Below, in pieces: positions 27,547 to 38,500 of a stretch of DNA of 64,000 nt (position 1 is the first letter of the stretch; each line of letters begins with the position of its first letter). The translations under genes and the position numbers were made by a program. Source of the stretch: Peribolospora baueri (Eukaryota); NCBI GenBank assembly GCA_029717555.1, contig JAMDHS010000037.1, positions 62,001 to 126,000 on the forward strand, written 5' to 3'. The notes under the pieces are model-generated. The model was not told the DNA's origin and made no database searches. It worked only from the letters and a program-made list of their open reading frames with translations.

Positions 27547-28968
27547 ATGCCATCTGACGCCGCGCTCGAGCACCTGGCCCCCGGCGTGGACCTCCCCGCC
27601 GTCCACGATCACATGGTCGAGCTCGCACTGACCGCCGGCGCCTTTCTGCGTGCCAACGCGCTCGCCCGTACTCAGTTCTCTTCCTCGGCCTCCGCTTCTG
27701 CACTGGCGCTCAACGTCCAGGACAAGGAGAGCTCGGTGGACATTGTCACAGAGGCCGACACCGAGGCCGAGCGCCTGATCCTGAACGGCATCCGAGAGCG
27801 ATGGGCGGCGCACGGGCACAAGGTCATTGCCGAAGAGACCTACTCTGGCGGCAAGGACAAGCGGTTCCTCTTGGACGACGTGGGTGCCTGCCCTCGCCTT
27901 TGTGGTCTCCTTTTGAAAGCCTCTGGTTGACACTTTCTTCGCGCCTCCGTCCAGGCCCCGACATGGATCGTGGATCCCCTAGACGGCACGGTCAACTTTG
28001 TATGTCGCTCTCACCGCGTTCCCACGGACCCGAGAGGCCCACCGCTTACCGTTGCTCCTCCTCTTGCAGACCCACCTCTTCCCCCTCGTTTGTGTCTCCA
28101 TTGGCTTTTGCGTCAACAAAGTGCCCCTTGTCGGCGCCGTCTACGCTCCAGTCCTTAGTGGACTGAGTCCTGCCGCGGGCGGCACCTTGTTCTCCGCCGT
28201 CCGAGGCAAAGGCGCGTGGCAGTCCTATCCCCCTCCGAACGCGTCCGGTAGCGGCCTCGATCATTCGGCCGTCAGGCTGTCCGCCCTTTCCTCCCCTCCT
28301 CCTTCTCTCTCCGTCCCGCCTCTCCGTCTTCCCCTCGCTCCGCCGAAACCTCTGCCGCGCGAAGCGCCAAAGGGCTGCCTTTTCGCCTCGGAATGGGGCA
28401 AGGACAGACGGGATGGGCCAGAGTCGAACCTACCGCGCAAGGTCGCCAGTTTCTGGAACATGGCGGCCGAACTCGGCGGCCGCGGCGGTCGTGGAGGGCA
28501 CGTGAACGGCGTGCGGAGCCTGGGCAGCGCGGCGCTGGACATGGTCCTCTGTGCGACGGCTGCGGTGGATATTTTTTGGGAGGGTGGCTGTTGGGAGTGG
28601 GTGAGTCGTCTCGTCTTCGCACTCGCCCCCGCTCCCACGTTCGCCCAAGCTAAGAGGGGGTCGTTTTGTTTTGTTTCGTTTCGTTTTTCAAGGACGTGTG
28701 CGGCGCCATGGCGATCCTCCACGAGGCTGGAGGCGTCGTCTTCGACGCCAACCCATCGCCGTCGGCGTCTTTACCGACGACGCCGCTTCAGGAGGCCTCG
28801 CTCGGCGGACGACGATATCTGGCCATTCGCGCGTGCGCTCCGACGGTCGACGAGGGGGGCAGGGAGGTGGAGACGCCGAGACAAGCGCAGGAGAGGGTGG
28901 CAAGAGAAGTGTACAAGAGGGTGGAGGCGCTGACCTACGTGAGGGAGTGCGTCACATATCCTCCTTGA
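27547..28968 (+). CDS. qutG: Inositol monophosphatase-family protein (QutG/QA-X), multi-exon
   Basis: Motifs VDIVTEAD, IAEET, WIVDPLDGTVNF, GVRSLGSAAL and WEGGCWEW|DVCGAMAILHEAGG. Confidence 0.9.
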
Positions 28969-29083
28969 AGGACGCAAGGTTGGAATGTACACAAACTTGA
29001 GACGGACGGTCGCGATGCTGGAATGTACGGACTCGAGTCGGACAGACGCGATGGAGGGGAGTGAGCTCCGTTTCCACCTCGGG

Positions 29084-29741
29084 TCACTTCTTCTTGAGCC
29101 CGTTGTCAAGCACGTGTGAAAGGGCGGCGTGATAGCCGTAGGCGCCCATGCCCATCAGGACGGCGGCGGCCTTGTCGGAGAAGAAGGAGTGGTGTCGGAA
29201 GGGCTCCCGAGCGTGCGGGTTGGAGCAGTGGACTTCGACGAAGGGGATTTCGACGCCGAGCAGGGCGTCGCGAAGGGCGACAGAGGTGTGCGTCAAACCG
29301 GCCGGGTTGATCTGCCGGCCGTGGTAGGAAGAAATAAGGGAGCGGTGGGCCCGGGGGCGTCAAGGGGCTGGCCACTGGCCACTGGGCGACGGACGGCACG
29401 GGACGGACTCACGATGATGGCGTCGACGCCGTTTCCCTTGGCCTGGTGGATGCGGTCGATGATCGCGCCCTCGTAGTTGCTCTGGAAAGCGGCCAAGCGA
29501 GCGCCTCGCTCTTCGGCCAGCTCCTTTGCTCGACGCTCGACGTCGTGGAGCGTATCGTGGCCGTAGAGCTGGGGCTCGCGCGTGCCCAAGAGGTTCATGT
29601 TGGGCCCGTTGATGAGCTGCAGCGCGGAAGGAGAGATCGGTCGTCGAGCTCAGCAGATGCCCATCGTTGTCGTTGTTGTCGTCGTCGTTGCGCTGACGGG
29701 CAGAGCCGGCCAGCGTCGCTCACCAGAACGTTTTTCGCCAT
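29084..29741 (-). CDS. qutE: Catabolic type II 3-dehydroquinate dehydratase (QutE/QA-2), 3 exons
   Basis: Motifs [57 protein letters not shown] and [19 protein letters not shown]. Confidence 0.95.
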
Positions 29742-30023
29742 CTTCGATCCTCAGCGCTGTTGGTCCGAGCTGATGACGACTTGGGCACGGATGCGAGGGT
29801 GGCCATCGCAGGCGCTTTTGAGCGCCGAGAGTGCCCCGCTCACTGTTTCATCTTTTGTCCGGGGTGCGTCGACGAAGCTCGTGGGCCGTCCTGGACATGA
29901 CATGCCCTCCGTTCGTTCTCGCTCGCTCCCTGCCCACCGGTGCGTTCGTTCACCCGGCGACGACGACGATGACGACGACGTTGTGGTCAACGGATGCTGC
30001 GCAGAGCGGAAGGTGGAAGAAGG

Positions 30024-30041
30024 CGGATCGACTTTCTGCCG
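30024..30041 (+). promoter_or_regulatory. Candidate activator site CGGATCGACTTTCTGCCG in the divergent qutE/qutD promoter
   Basis: 15/18 identical to the 33031 site, lying near the midpoint between the two ATGs. Confidence 0.7.
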
Positions 30042-30359
30042 CGGGCGGCCGCAGCCGATGGCGGCGGCAGGCTGTCGCTTCGGGCGTCGGGTTCAGAACG
30101 GTCGCCCGCCAGGGCACCGACGGGGACAAGGCCGCCATGCCAAACGCCAAGCTGGCGACGAGGACGGGCTCCTCTCCAGTCTTCCGTCGGGCGTGCGGGG
30201 GGAAGGAAGGAAAGGAAGAATTGCGGGGTAGTCGCTTTCGCTAGCCGAGCCATCGATGGATCGATGGAACTGAACTGATCCGGCTCGTCATCTTCCCGGC
30301 TATATCTAACTTGCGCCTCGTCGCCCTCGTCGCCCTTCCCCCTCCCACCACCTTCCCTC

Positions 30360-32460
30360 ATGGTCAGCCTTCGACGAAAAGATGACGGCAGGACGCCGGC
30401 GGCCGTCTACAACTTTCGCGTGTGGGCCATGGCCGCCATCGCGTCCATGGCTTCCGTCATGATCGGGTGCGTCCAAGCGAAGGCGGCCCCCCGCTCGCCG
30501 GCTCAAGCTCACCCTCTCCTCCCCCTTTTTTCTTTCTAGGTACGACTCGGCCTTCGTCGGTGGCACTCTCGCCCTCCAGTCTTTCGTCAACGAGTTCGGG
30601 GCGCTCACTGGCACTACGCAAGCCAACATCGTCTCCGTGTACCAGGTCGGCGCCTTCTTCGGCGCCTTCTTCGGGTACCCGCTCGGCCACTTCCTTGGCC
30701 GCAAAAGGGGCCTCTTCTTCTGCGCCGCCTTCTTCACCATCGGCGCCGCCGTCATGTGCGCCACGAACAAGTCCACTGGCCTCGCTCCCCTGTACGCCGG
30801 TAGGACGCTCGCCGGTCTCGCCATCGGTTCCGCCTCCAACCTGACGCCCATCTACATCGCCGAGATCGCGCCGACGGCCATCCGAGGACAGCTCGTCGGC
30901 GTTTACGAGCTCGGATGGCAGATTGGCGGTCTGGTCGGCTTCTGGATCAACTACGGCGTGGATCAGACCATGGCGCCGAGCCATAGTGAGCACCACCGGC
31001 CGCGTTGGACCGTCGCCTCCGTTCGCAGTCGCTCATAACCCTCCGCTCCGAACGCAGCCCAATGGCTCATCCCCTTCGCCATTCAGCTCATCCCCGGCGC
31101 TCTCTTCTGGATCGGCACCCTCTTCCTTATCGAATCACCTCGTTGGCTCCTCACTAGAGGCCGCGAAACGGAAGCGATGGCCGCGCTTTCAAGAGTCCGC
31201 AACCTGCCCTCCACAGATGCCTGGCTCGTCGACGAGCTCGCGACCATGAACGCCGCCGTCCTCGACGAGCGCCGTCTCACCGGCGATGGCTTCTGGGCGC
31301 CCTTCCGAGAGACCTTCCTCGTCCCTCGCATTCTCCGCCGCGTCCTCCTCGGCTGCTCTCTCTTCATCTGGCAGAACGGCTGTGGTATCAACGCGATCAA
31401 CTGTGAGCATCTTCCACGCGCACGCACGCACGCGCCCCTATTCTTCTGCTCACCGCCTTCGTTCGTCGTTCTGCGCAGACTACTCTCCCACCGTCTTCAA
31501 GTCGATCGGCATCTCTGGTACCAGCACATCCCTTCTTTCCACCGGCTTGTTCGGCGTCATCAAGACCGTCGGCTCCATCGTCTGGATCCTCTTCCTGATT
31601 GACCACGTCGGCCGACGGATCCTGCTCATCGTCGGCGCCCTCGGCGGCTCCTTCTGCATGTACTACATCGCTGCCTACCTGGCCATATCCAAGGTTGGCC
31701 ACCGCCCGCCGTCTTCGTCCCTCTCGCCCGGCGGAAAGTCCGCCTTGGCCTTTTTCTACATCTGGACTGTTTTTTACAGCCCGACATGGAACGGAACCCC
31801 TTGGGTGTGAGTAACTCGGGCAGGCTGTGAGATCAAGTCAGCCTCTGTCGCACGGCACGCCGTCTCACCGCCCTGCGCTCCTTTACCTTCGCTCGCAGCC
31901 TCAACTCGGAAATGTTCATGCAGCAGAACCGCACCCTTGCACAGGCGTGCGCAGCCGCATCGGTGAGTGACTGGGTGCTCTGTTGACGCGCTTGATGATC
32001 ATCTCGTACCTCGTCGGTCGCGTCGTTGGTTCTGACGTTGGTCCGAACGATTTGCCTCCATGGGCCGTAACAGAACTGGCTGTTCAATTTCTGCATCGCG
32101 AGGTTCACACCTCAAATGTTCGCCGCGATGGGATACGGCGTGTACCTCTTCTTTGCCTCGCTCATGGTCCTCGCCGCCATCTACGTCTACTTTCTCGTCC
32201 CGGAAACAAAGTGCATCCCGCTAGAGGAGATGGATAGGCTCTTCTCGGCGCCCGTGCGTCCGTGGAAGGCTCACGCGTGGCTCACCGCCGAGCTCGCCTC
32301 CCGGCCTCACCTGAGCGGCGGTGCCGCGCCAGGCCTCTCTCAGGGCCAAGGCAGCCAAGGCGACCCGGAGGCGGGGAATGGGTACGGCGAGACGAGCGGG
32401 CCAGGCGACGAAAAGGAGGGGAAGGAGGCGATGACGGCGCACGTGGAGCGCATCGCTTGA
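30360..32460 (+). CDS. qutD: Quinate permease (QutD/QA-Y; MFS sugar porter family), multi-exon
   Basis: The N-terminus RTPAAVYNFRVWAMAAIASMASVMIG|YDSAFVGGTLALQSFVNEF is QutD-like. Also present are PIYIAEIAPTAIRGQLVGVYELGWQIGGLVGFWINYG, ESPRWL, WQNGCGINAINYYSP, WNGTPWV and PETK. Confidence 0.92.
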
Positions 32461-33030
32461 CCACCAGCTAGCTCGACCTCACGCTTCTTCGGAGTCCGGG
32501 TGCCTTTTTTCACGGATCATGTAATCTTATTTTCTTTTGGTACGCGGTAGTCTACCTGCCTGACTTGCTTGGCGCACTCGCTCGCTAGCTGGCTGCGTTC
32601 CCGGGCCGCACGCACGCACGTCGTTCGTTCGTTCGTTGGCCGTGGGAACTGTTTCGTACCAACAAGCACCGAGAGGTGCCTTGCCTGCATTCGACAAAAA
32701 GAAAAATCGGCAAAGAGAATGAATAAGTCCGCATTGTTCTGAAGAGGCGACTGCGGGCGGAAACGTTTAGGCGGTCTGTGTGTGAACTTTGCCCGCCTTG
32801 CCTTGTCTTCCGTCGTGAGACATGGCATGGCAGTTCGTCGAGTCGACGGAGAGGGGGAAGGTGCTGTGGCGCCTTGAGCTCGGCCGGCGAGCTACGTGGC
32901 CGACAGGTGTGCGTTTGTCTGTCTGTCCGGTGCGCGCAGTGGTTTTTGCTTGTCCTTCGTCATCCGCGATGACGGCGAGACACTCGAACCATCACCGTCT
33001 GTCGTCGCTCATCGGACGCGCGGGCAGGGG

Positions 33031-33048
33031 CGGGACGACTTTCTTCCG
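33031..33048 (+). promoter_or_regulatory. Candidate activator site CGGGACGACTTTCTTCCG upstream of qutC
   Basis: CGG-N12-CCG with the shared CGACTTT core. A second CGG-N12-CCG without the core follows at 33050-33067. Confidence 0.7.
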
Positions 33049-33508
33049 GCGGAGTCCGTCTGGTCCGTGTCACCTGGCGCGTCTGCGGATGATCGTTGTC
33101 TACGGGCCGTCATTGTTCCTCCACCTCTAGCCTCTCGCTCTCGCTCTCCAAGCGCTTCGCCTCGCCTATGCTTTCGCTCTGCCTCACCGGCCGTGGCGGC
33201 TCCGATGTGCCATCGGCGGCGAGGGCGGGGGTAGGGACGGTGGGAAGAGGACAACAGTGCAGCGCAGAGAGCGAGCGTCGCTGGCCCAGGTCGTGGATAC
33301 GATAAGTATCGCAGACAGCGACGCTCCCAACCAACGTCGCCGCCCTCCATATCATATCGTCTGTGCACCGTCACCTGGATAGCAAGCACCTCATCTCATC
33401 TTGGCCCTCATCTTCATCTCCAATCGGCTCATACCGCTTGCCGTGGCAGTCATCGCCGTCGGACGTCCCGTCTCAACAAACTCACCCTCCGCTCCCCCAT
33501 CGCCTACC

Positions 33509-34843
33509 ATGTCCTTTCCACTACCGCCTTTCTCCATCGCCACCATCTCCCTCGGCGACTGCGCTCATCACGCGTTGGACGACAAGTTGCGCGTCGTCGC
33601 TGAAGCGGGCTACCGCGAGGTCGAGGTCTTCCAGGCCGACCTGGACGCTTTCGCGCGGTCACCTCGCTTCGAGCACATCCCTCTTGCCTCCTACTCCCGG
33701 CCGTCATGCCTGCCGGAAGCGAGAAGCGACGCAGAGTACCTCAGCCGTCCGGAAGCGTGGAACGCCACGGCCCACTTGGCCGGCGAGGCGCTGCGCTACC
33801 TCCCCCGCGAGCTGGCCGCCGCCAAGGAGATCGGTGCGCTGGCCGAGCGGCTGAACGTCCGGATCAACTCGCTTCAACCTCTCCGCGACTTTGAAGGTTG
33901 GATCAAGCGGGAGAAGCGGGACGAGGTGATGAAACACGGCCACAGTCGATTCGCCGTCATGCGCGAACTCCGCACCGACCTTCTCCTCATCCCTTCTTCA
34001 TTCCACGTCCCCGGCCGTCCCGAGGCGGACGCCGAAGGAGGCGTGAGCGGCGACGACGAGACGGTGGCGCGGGACCTGGCCGAGCTGGCCGACTACGCCG
34101 CCGCCTTCTCCTCTCCCATGCGCATCGCCTACGAGGCTCTCGCCTGGGGCGGCACCGCGTTCACCTGGCGAGCGGCGTGCAAGAGGGTGTCGCTGGCGAA
34201 CCGGCGCAACTGCGGGCTCGTCATCGACTCATTCAACCTCGTTGGCAGAGAGTGGGCCGACCCGGCGAACGCGTCCGGAAGCGGCCAAGTGGACACAAAC
34301 AGGAAAGAGACGTGGGAGATGGCCGGGGCGACAGTGGACGCGAGGTTGGCCGCCAGTCTGGCCGCGCTCAAGCGTGAGGTGCCCATCGAGCGCATCTTCT
34401 CGTTCCAGGTCGCCGACGCCGCCTTGGTCGACCCGGCGGAGGTGACGCCGGCCGAAGGGGACCCACGGCCATCGCGTCTGCTGTGGAGCAGGAGCAGCCG
34501 ACTGTTCCCGCTGGAGAAGGACCGACGGGCGTATCTGCCCATCGCCGACGTGTGCCAGACGCTCCTTGAGATGGGCTTCACCGGCGCTTGGAGTCTGGAA
34601 GTGTTCAACAAGAGCTTGGCGAGCGATGACCCAGATACGGTCCGACATCACGCCGATCGAGGCATGCGCGGCCTGTCGAGGTTATGGGACGAGGTGAGGA
34701 GAAGGGCGGGCGCGGGTGGTGGTGAGGAGGAGGAGGAGAGCCCATCCACCGCCCCCACCGCCTTCATCGCCTTTCATGTCGACGCCAGGCCGTTTTCGAT
34801 GGACGCCGCGGAGAGCGAGTTGGTGCCTGTCGTGGCGAATTGA
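33509..34843 (+). CDS. qutC: 3-dehydroshikimate dehydratase (QutC/QA-4; xylose isomerase-like TIM barrel), apparently intronless
   Basis: Motifs SIATISLG, LQPLRDFEG, AYEALAWG, VIDSFN, FQVADA, WSRSSRLFP and SLEVFN, which include the metal-ligand positions of the family. Confidence 0.88.
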   Translation: MSFPLPPFSIATISLGDCAHHALDDKLRVVAEAGYREVEVFQADLDAFARSPRFEHIPLASYSRPSCLPEARSDAEYLSRPEAWNATAHLAGEALRYLPRELAAAKEIGALAERLNVRINSLQPLRDFEGWIKREKRDEVMKHGHSRFAVMRELRTDLLLIPSSFHVPGRPEADAEGGVSGDDETVARDLAELADYAAAFSSPMRIAYEALAWGGTAFTWRAACKRVSLANRRNCGLVIDSFNLVGREWADPANASGSGQVDTNRKETWEMAGATVDARLAASLAALKREVPIERIFSFQVADAALVDPAEVTPAEGDPRPSRLLWSRSSRLFPLEKDRRAYLPIADVCQTLLEMGFTGAWSLEVFNKSLASDDPDTVRHHADRGMRGLSRLWDEVRRRAGAGGGEEEEESPSTAPTAFIAFHVDARPFSMDAAESELVPVVAN

Positions 34844-35520
34844 GGATCGATCGATCGCATGCCGTCCGTCGTTTGTTCGTTTCTCTGGTCGCCGTGCCGT
34901 GACAAGTATTTCTTCCCAGTCCGTGAGAATGCATACCACCATCCAAGTGCGCGAAGTTATGATCATCCAAAGAGACGAGACGAGACGAGACGAGACAAGA
35001 CGAGACGCACGACGAGAGTTACCTTTGTGCGAGTCGGAGCGAGTTGAAATACGCCGACCCTTTCTCAGTAGTCCTTTTCGCGACATCACAATGCAATGAC
35101 TCCCACGTCTTCTCCACCTTCCTTCGAATCAAATTCCGCATGGTATGGACTTGTACGCAACACGCCCCCAAGGAGGCGGCCGGCCACCGACGGCGACGGG
35201 CGAGTTCAAAGACGGAGAAGAACATGCATGGAAAAAAGGTCGACTGGAGACCGACGACGAGCAAGCGAGTGGACCATCGAAGGGGAGAGTAACCAGAAAA
35301 AAATAACTTGGGGCGAGCGAGCGAATGGGGCCGACAGGCGAAACGACGAACGAATAGAATGGAGACGAGAAGACCACGGAAGAAAGAGTTGCCAAAGAGA
35401 ACCAGACCAGATAAAGTGAGCGTCCCGGGGCGACCACGCGAAGAACCAAGAGAAGAGAACGAGGGCTAGTCAGGAAAGGAGTGAATATCGTCTATGTGTA
35501 TGTCCAACCGCGACCTCGGG

Positions 35521-38500
35521 TCAGCGGGGACTGCGATTGCCGCTTGACGTCGTCGAATGGGCGCCGGGCAAGTTCGGGGACGCGCTGGGGGCGTAATCGG
35601 AGGGCGTGCTGATGTTGTTGAAACCGTGGCCTGGAGACGGGAAGCCGCCGCCCAAGGGAACGCCCATAGGCATGCCGCCGATCATGCTCATGTGCGAGCC
35701 GGGGCCAGGCATACCGAACGGCATGCCCATCATCGGTGGCGGGGGCATCATACCTGTCCGAATAACACGTCGGTCCGAAACCATCAGCTTCTCCGCTTCG
35801 TCTTGACCAAACCCAACGCTTCATTCCAGAATGAGCAGCGATGGCCCTCACCGGGGAAGGGAGTGGACATGGACATATCGCCCTGACTCGTCTGGACGCC
35901 GGCGACGGACGCGGCTGAGGACAGGTTGCCGTGTTGGGGGGATAGCCTGAGGCGAGGGGAGAAAATCGACTCAGAAGATGATACCACGACAGGCACGAGC
36001 GGGAACAAACGGCACTCACGCGTTTTGATAAGCCTGAGCAGCGGCGGCCATGGCTGCGGCTTGCTGGGGGTCGAAAGCCATGCTGGCTCTGGGATCGAAC
36101 GGGGGCGGGCTGCCGTGACCTCGCATGTTGTACATCATGGCCTGCTGATAGGCCATCTGCTGCATCATCTGCCACTGCATCTGCATCGCCCACGGGTTCA
36201 TGTACGGGTTGCCAGGGAACATACCACCCTGCATGTAAGGCTGAAGCTGGCCCTGGCACGGGAAGGAAAAATTGACAAGAGTGTTGAGCGGATAGATGAA
36301 TGAATGAGACGGACGGACGGCCGTGGTGGCTGAAGAACGACCGACCCGACTACTCACCTGTTCCTCCATCTCCTTCATTCTCTGGTCTTGCACCCTCCTG
36401 TCCCTCTCCCGCTCCGTGAGCGTAGCCCCAAAGCCGCCCTCCCTCTTCCGTTCAGCCTGGTGAGCGTTGATGGCGCCGACGAGACCAACCTGAGGCTCGA
36501 CGGGCTTGTTCGGCATGTGCACCAGGCCCTCGCCCTTGGCCCGCGCGTCCATCTCCTGCTGTCGCGCCGAGCGCTCCGCCTTGTCCTGGGCGCCGGCCTG
36601 CAGGAGGCCGTGCGGGGCAAAGGCCTTGCTCATCGATGCCGTCGTCGGCTCCTCGTCGAGGCTGACGAATGTCTGCTTGGCGTTGGCCGGGGCGCCTCCG
36701 GCCACGCCGTAGCTGGCCGCCTGTCCGTCGGCGCCGTACACGTCGCCGTGAGCGCCGCCGAGGACGTTGGCGAACATGCTCGAGCGATGGTTCGACGGCT
36801 GGAGCAAAGGGTGGCCAGAGCCTGGGCCGACATGGGTCGGTCCCAATCCCGAACGAGGCTGGTCGGAGTCCTGAGGCGGCGTGCTCGTCGTGCGCGCGCT
36901 CCGATCGTCGCCGCCGCTGTACCGGCTGGGCGAGCGCGAGGCGGCGCGCAAGCTCGCACCTCCGCCGATGCTGACGGGACGCGCAGGGTGGAGGTCGTCA
37001 GTGTGCTGGGCGTAGAGCGGCGTGGGCGGGAAAGGTAGACCGGCGGCGTGAGCGGTCCGGCTGAACTCTTCCGCCTCGTGGGCCGAGATGTTGGGAACGC
37101 CCGGAGGGGGAGGCAGCGTCCTGCTGGCACGACGTTGAGGCGGGTTTGACGACGGAGACAGGTTGGAAGGGTGACGGGGGCCCGGTACGTTGAGCGCGCC
37201 AGCCGACGTGGTCGCGCCCTCGCCTTCGTCCGAGCTGGCCTCCTCTTCCTCCTCCGCGCTCTCCTCGTCCTCCTCGCTGCTGCTGCCCCACGCGTTCCTC
37301 GCCTTCTTCGTCCCCCTGACGCCCTTGTCCTTGTTCGCCTTGCCGGGCCTGTGCATGGCCTCTTGCTGAGCCCTCTCCAGCTGCTTGGCAGCCGCCATCC
37401 TTTCCGCTCCTTTCTTGTTCCGAGCGAATGAGCTGGGGAAAGGGCCGGAACCAGCAGGACGGGGACCGGCGAACGAGCTGTCCTCTTTCGAAGACCTCGC
37501 CGAATCGGCGGTGTGCGAATCGGTGCTAGGAGAAGCGGCCGAACGACGGGATTCACCGGCGAAGGAGCGGTCGACGGGGGACGGCGGTTGAGCGAGGAAG
37601 GCGTACGCAGCGGCGGCTTCGGGCGCGAGACCCTCGTCGAGAGACGTCTTCTTCCTCGGCACCGAGTCTCGCTCGCTCAGTCCGCCGGGAACAGAGATTT
37701 CAGCTTTGGGTGGCGGAGGCCGTGTCGGCGTCGCTTGGGGCTGGGGCTGGGGCGGCGGCGGCGGCCTCTCGGTAGCTTTCGCGGGCGGTGGAGGACCGAA
37801 GGGAGGGAGCGCTTCGGACATGCCGATGTAGAAGAGCGCGCCGGGTTCGTCGTAGTGGTACTCGGCGCCATCCGTCGTGCGCGGCTGCTGTTGAGCGGTG
37901 GGGGTCGGCGTCTGCTGTTGATTCAGCAGCTTGTCCTGGGCAGGCGGCGGCGACGGAGGCGCCGCCACCGCTCCGTTCGCCCTTGCGCCAGCCGTGTTGG
38001 CGCTGTTGAGACTGGCCGAGCTGTTGCTCCCGTTGTCGTGCCACGGCTTTTCAGGTACGGCAGGAGGGGGGCCGGTGGGTGCGGAAGACGGAAGGGCTGG
38101 AGCGGGATGGACGGGGAAGCGGGGATTGGGCGAGTTGGCGAACATTGGCGGGGGCACGCCGTTATTGGCCGATGGTACGGTGGGCGCAGAGGAAGGATCG
38201 ATAGAGACGTGAGCGCCGGCGGGGTCGAAGCCTTGACCGCGCTGCGCCGCCGCGTTGGTGGCCGCGTTCCTCTCCCTCTCCCAGAGCACGGCCGGGGGCG
38301 GACCGGGGGCGGGCTGACCTTCAAGGCTGGCGGCGCTGCTCTCCATGCTCTGCCCAGCTTCCATGCTGCTGGCCGCCATGGAGCCATGCCTTCTGCCCAT
38401 CGTGTTGCCGAACGTGCTCGCCCCCGCGCTGCTACCGCTCCCGGCCCTGCCGCCTCCTCCGACACCGATACCGGCACCGCCGGCCGCGTGTGAGCTGGGG

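Noticed and set aside
22890..32773. Weaker motif-like sequences at 22890-22907, 29722-29737, 30091-30108 and 32756-32773
   Set aside because: Each lacks at least one intact triplet, and two overlap coding sequence. They cannot be distinguished from chance without a PWM.
33296..33310. Inverted repeat GATAC-N5-GTATC upstream of qutC, superficially like the Neurospora QA-1F site
   Set aside because: The spacing is off by one, it has no CGG/CCG ends, and it is not repeated in the other cluster promoters.
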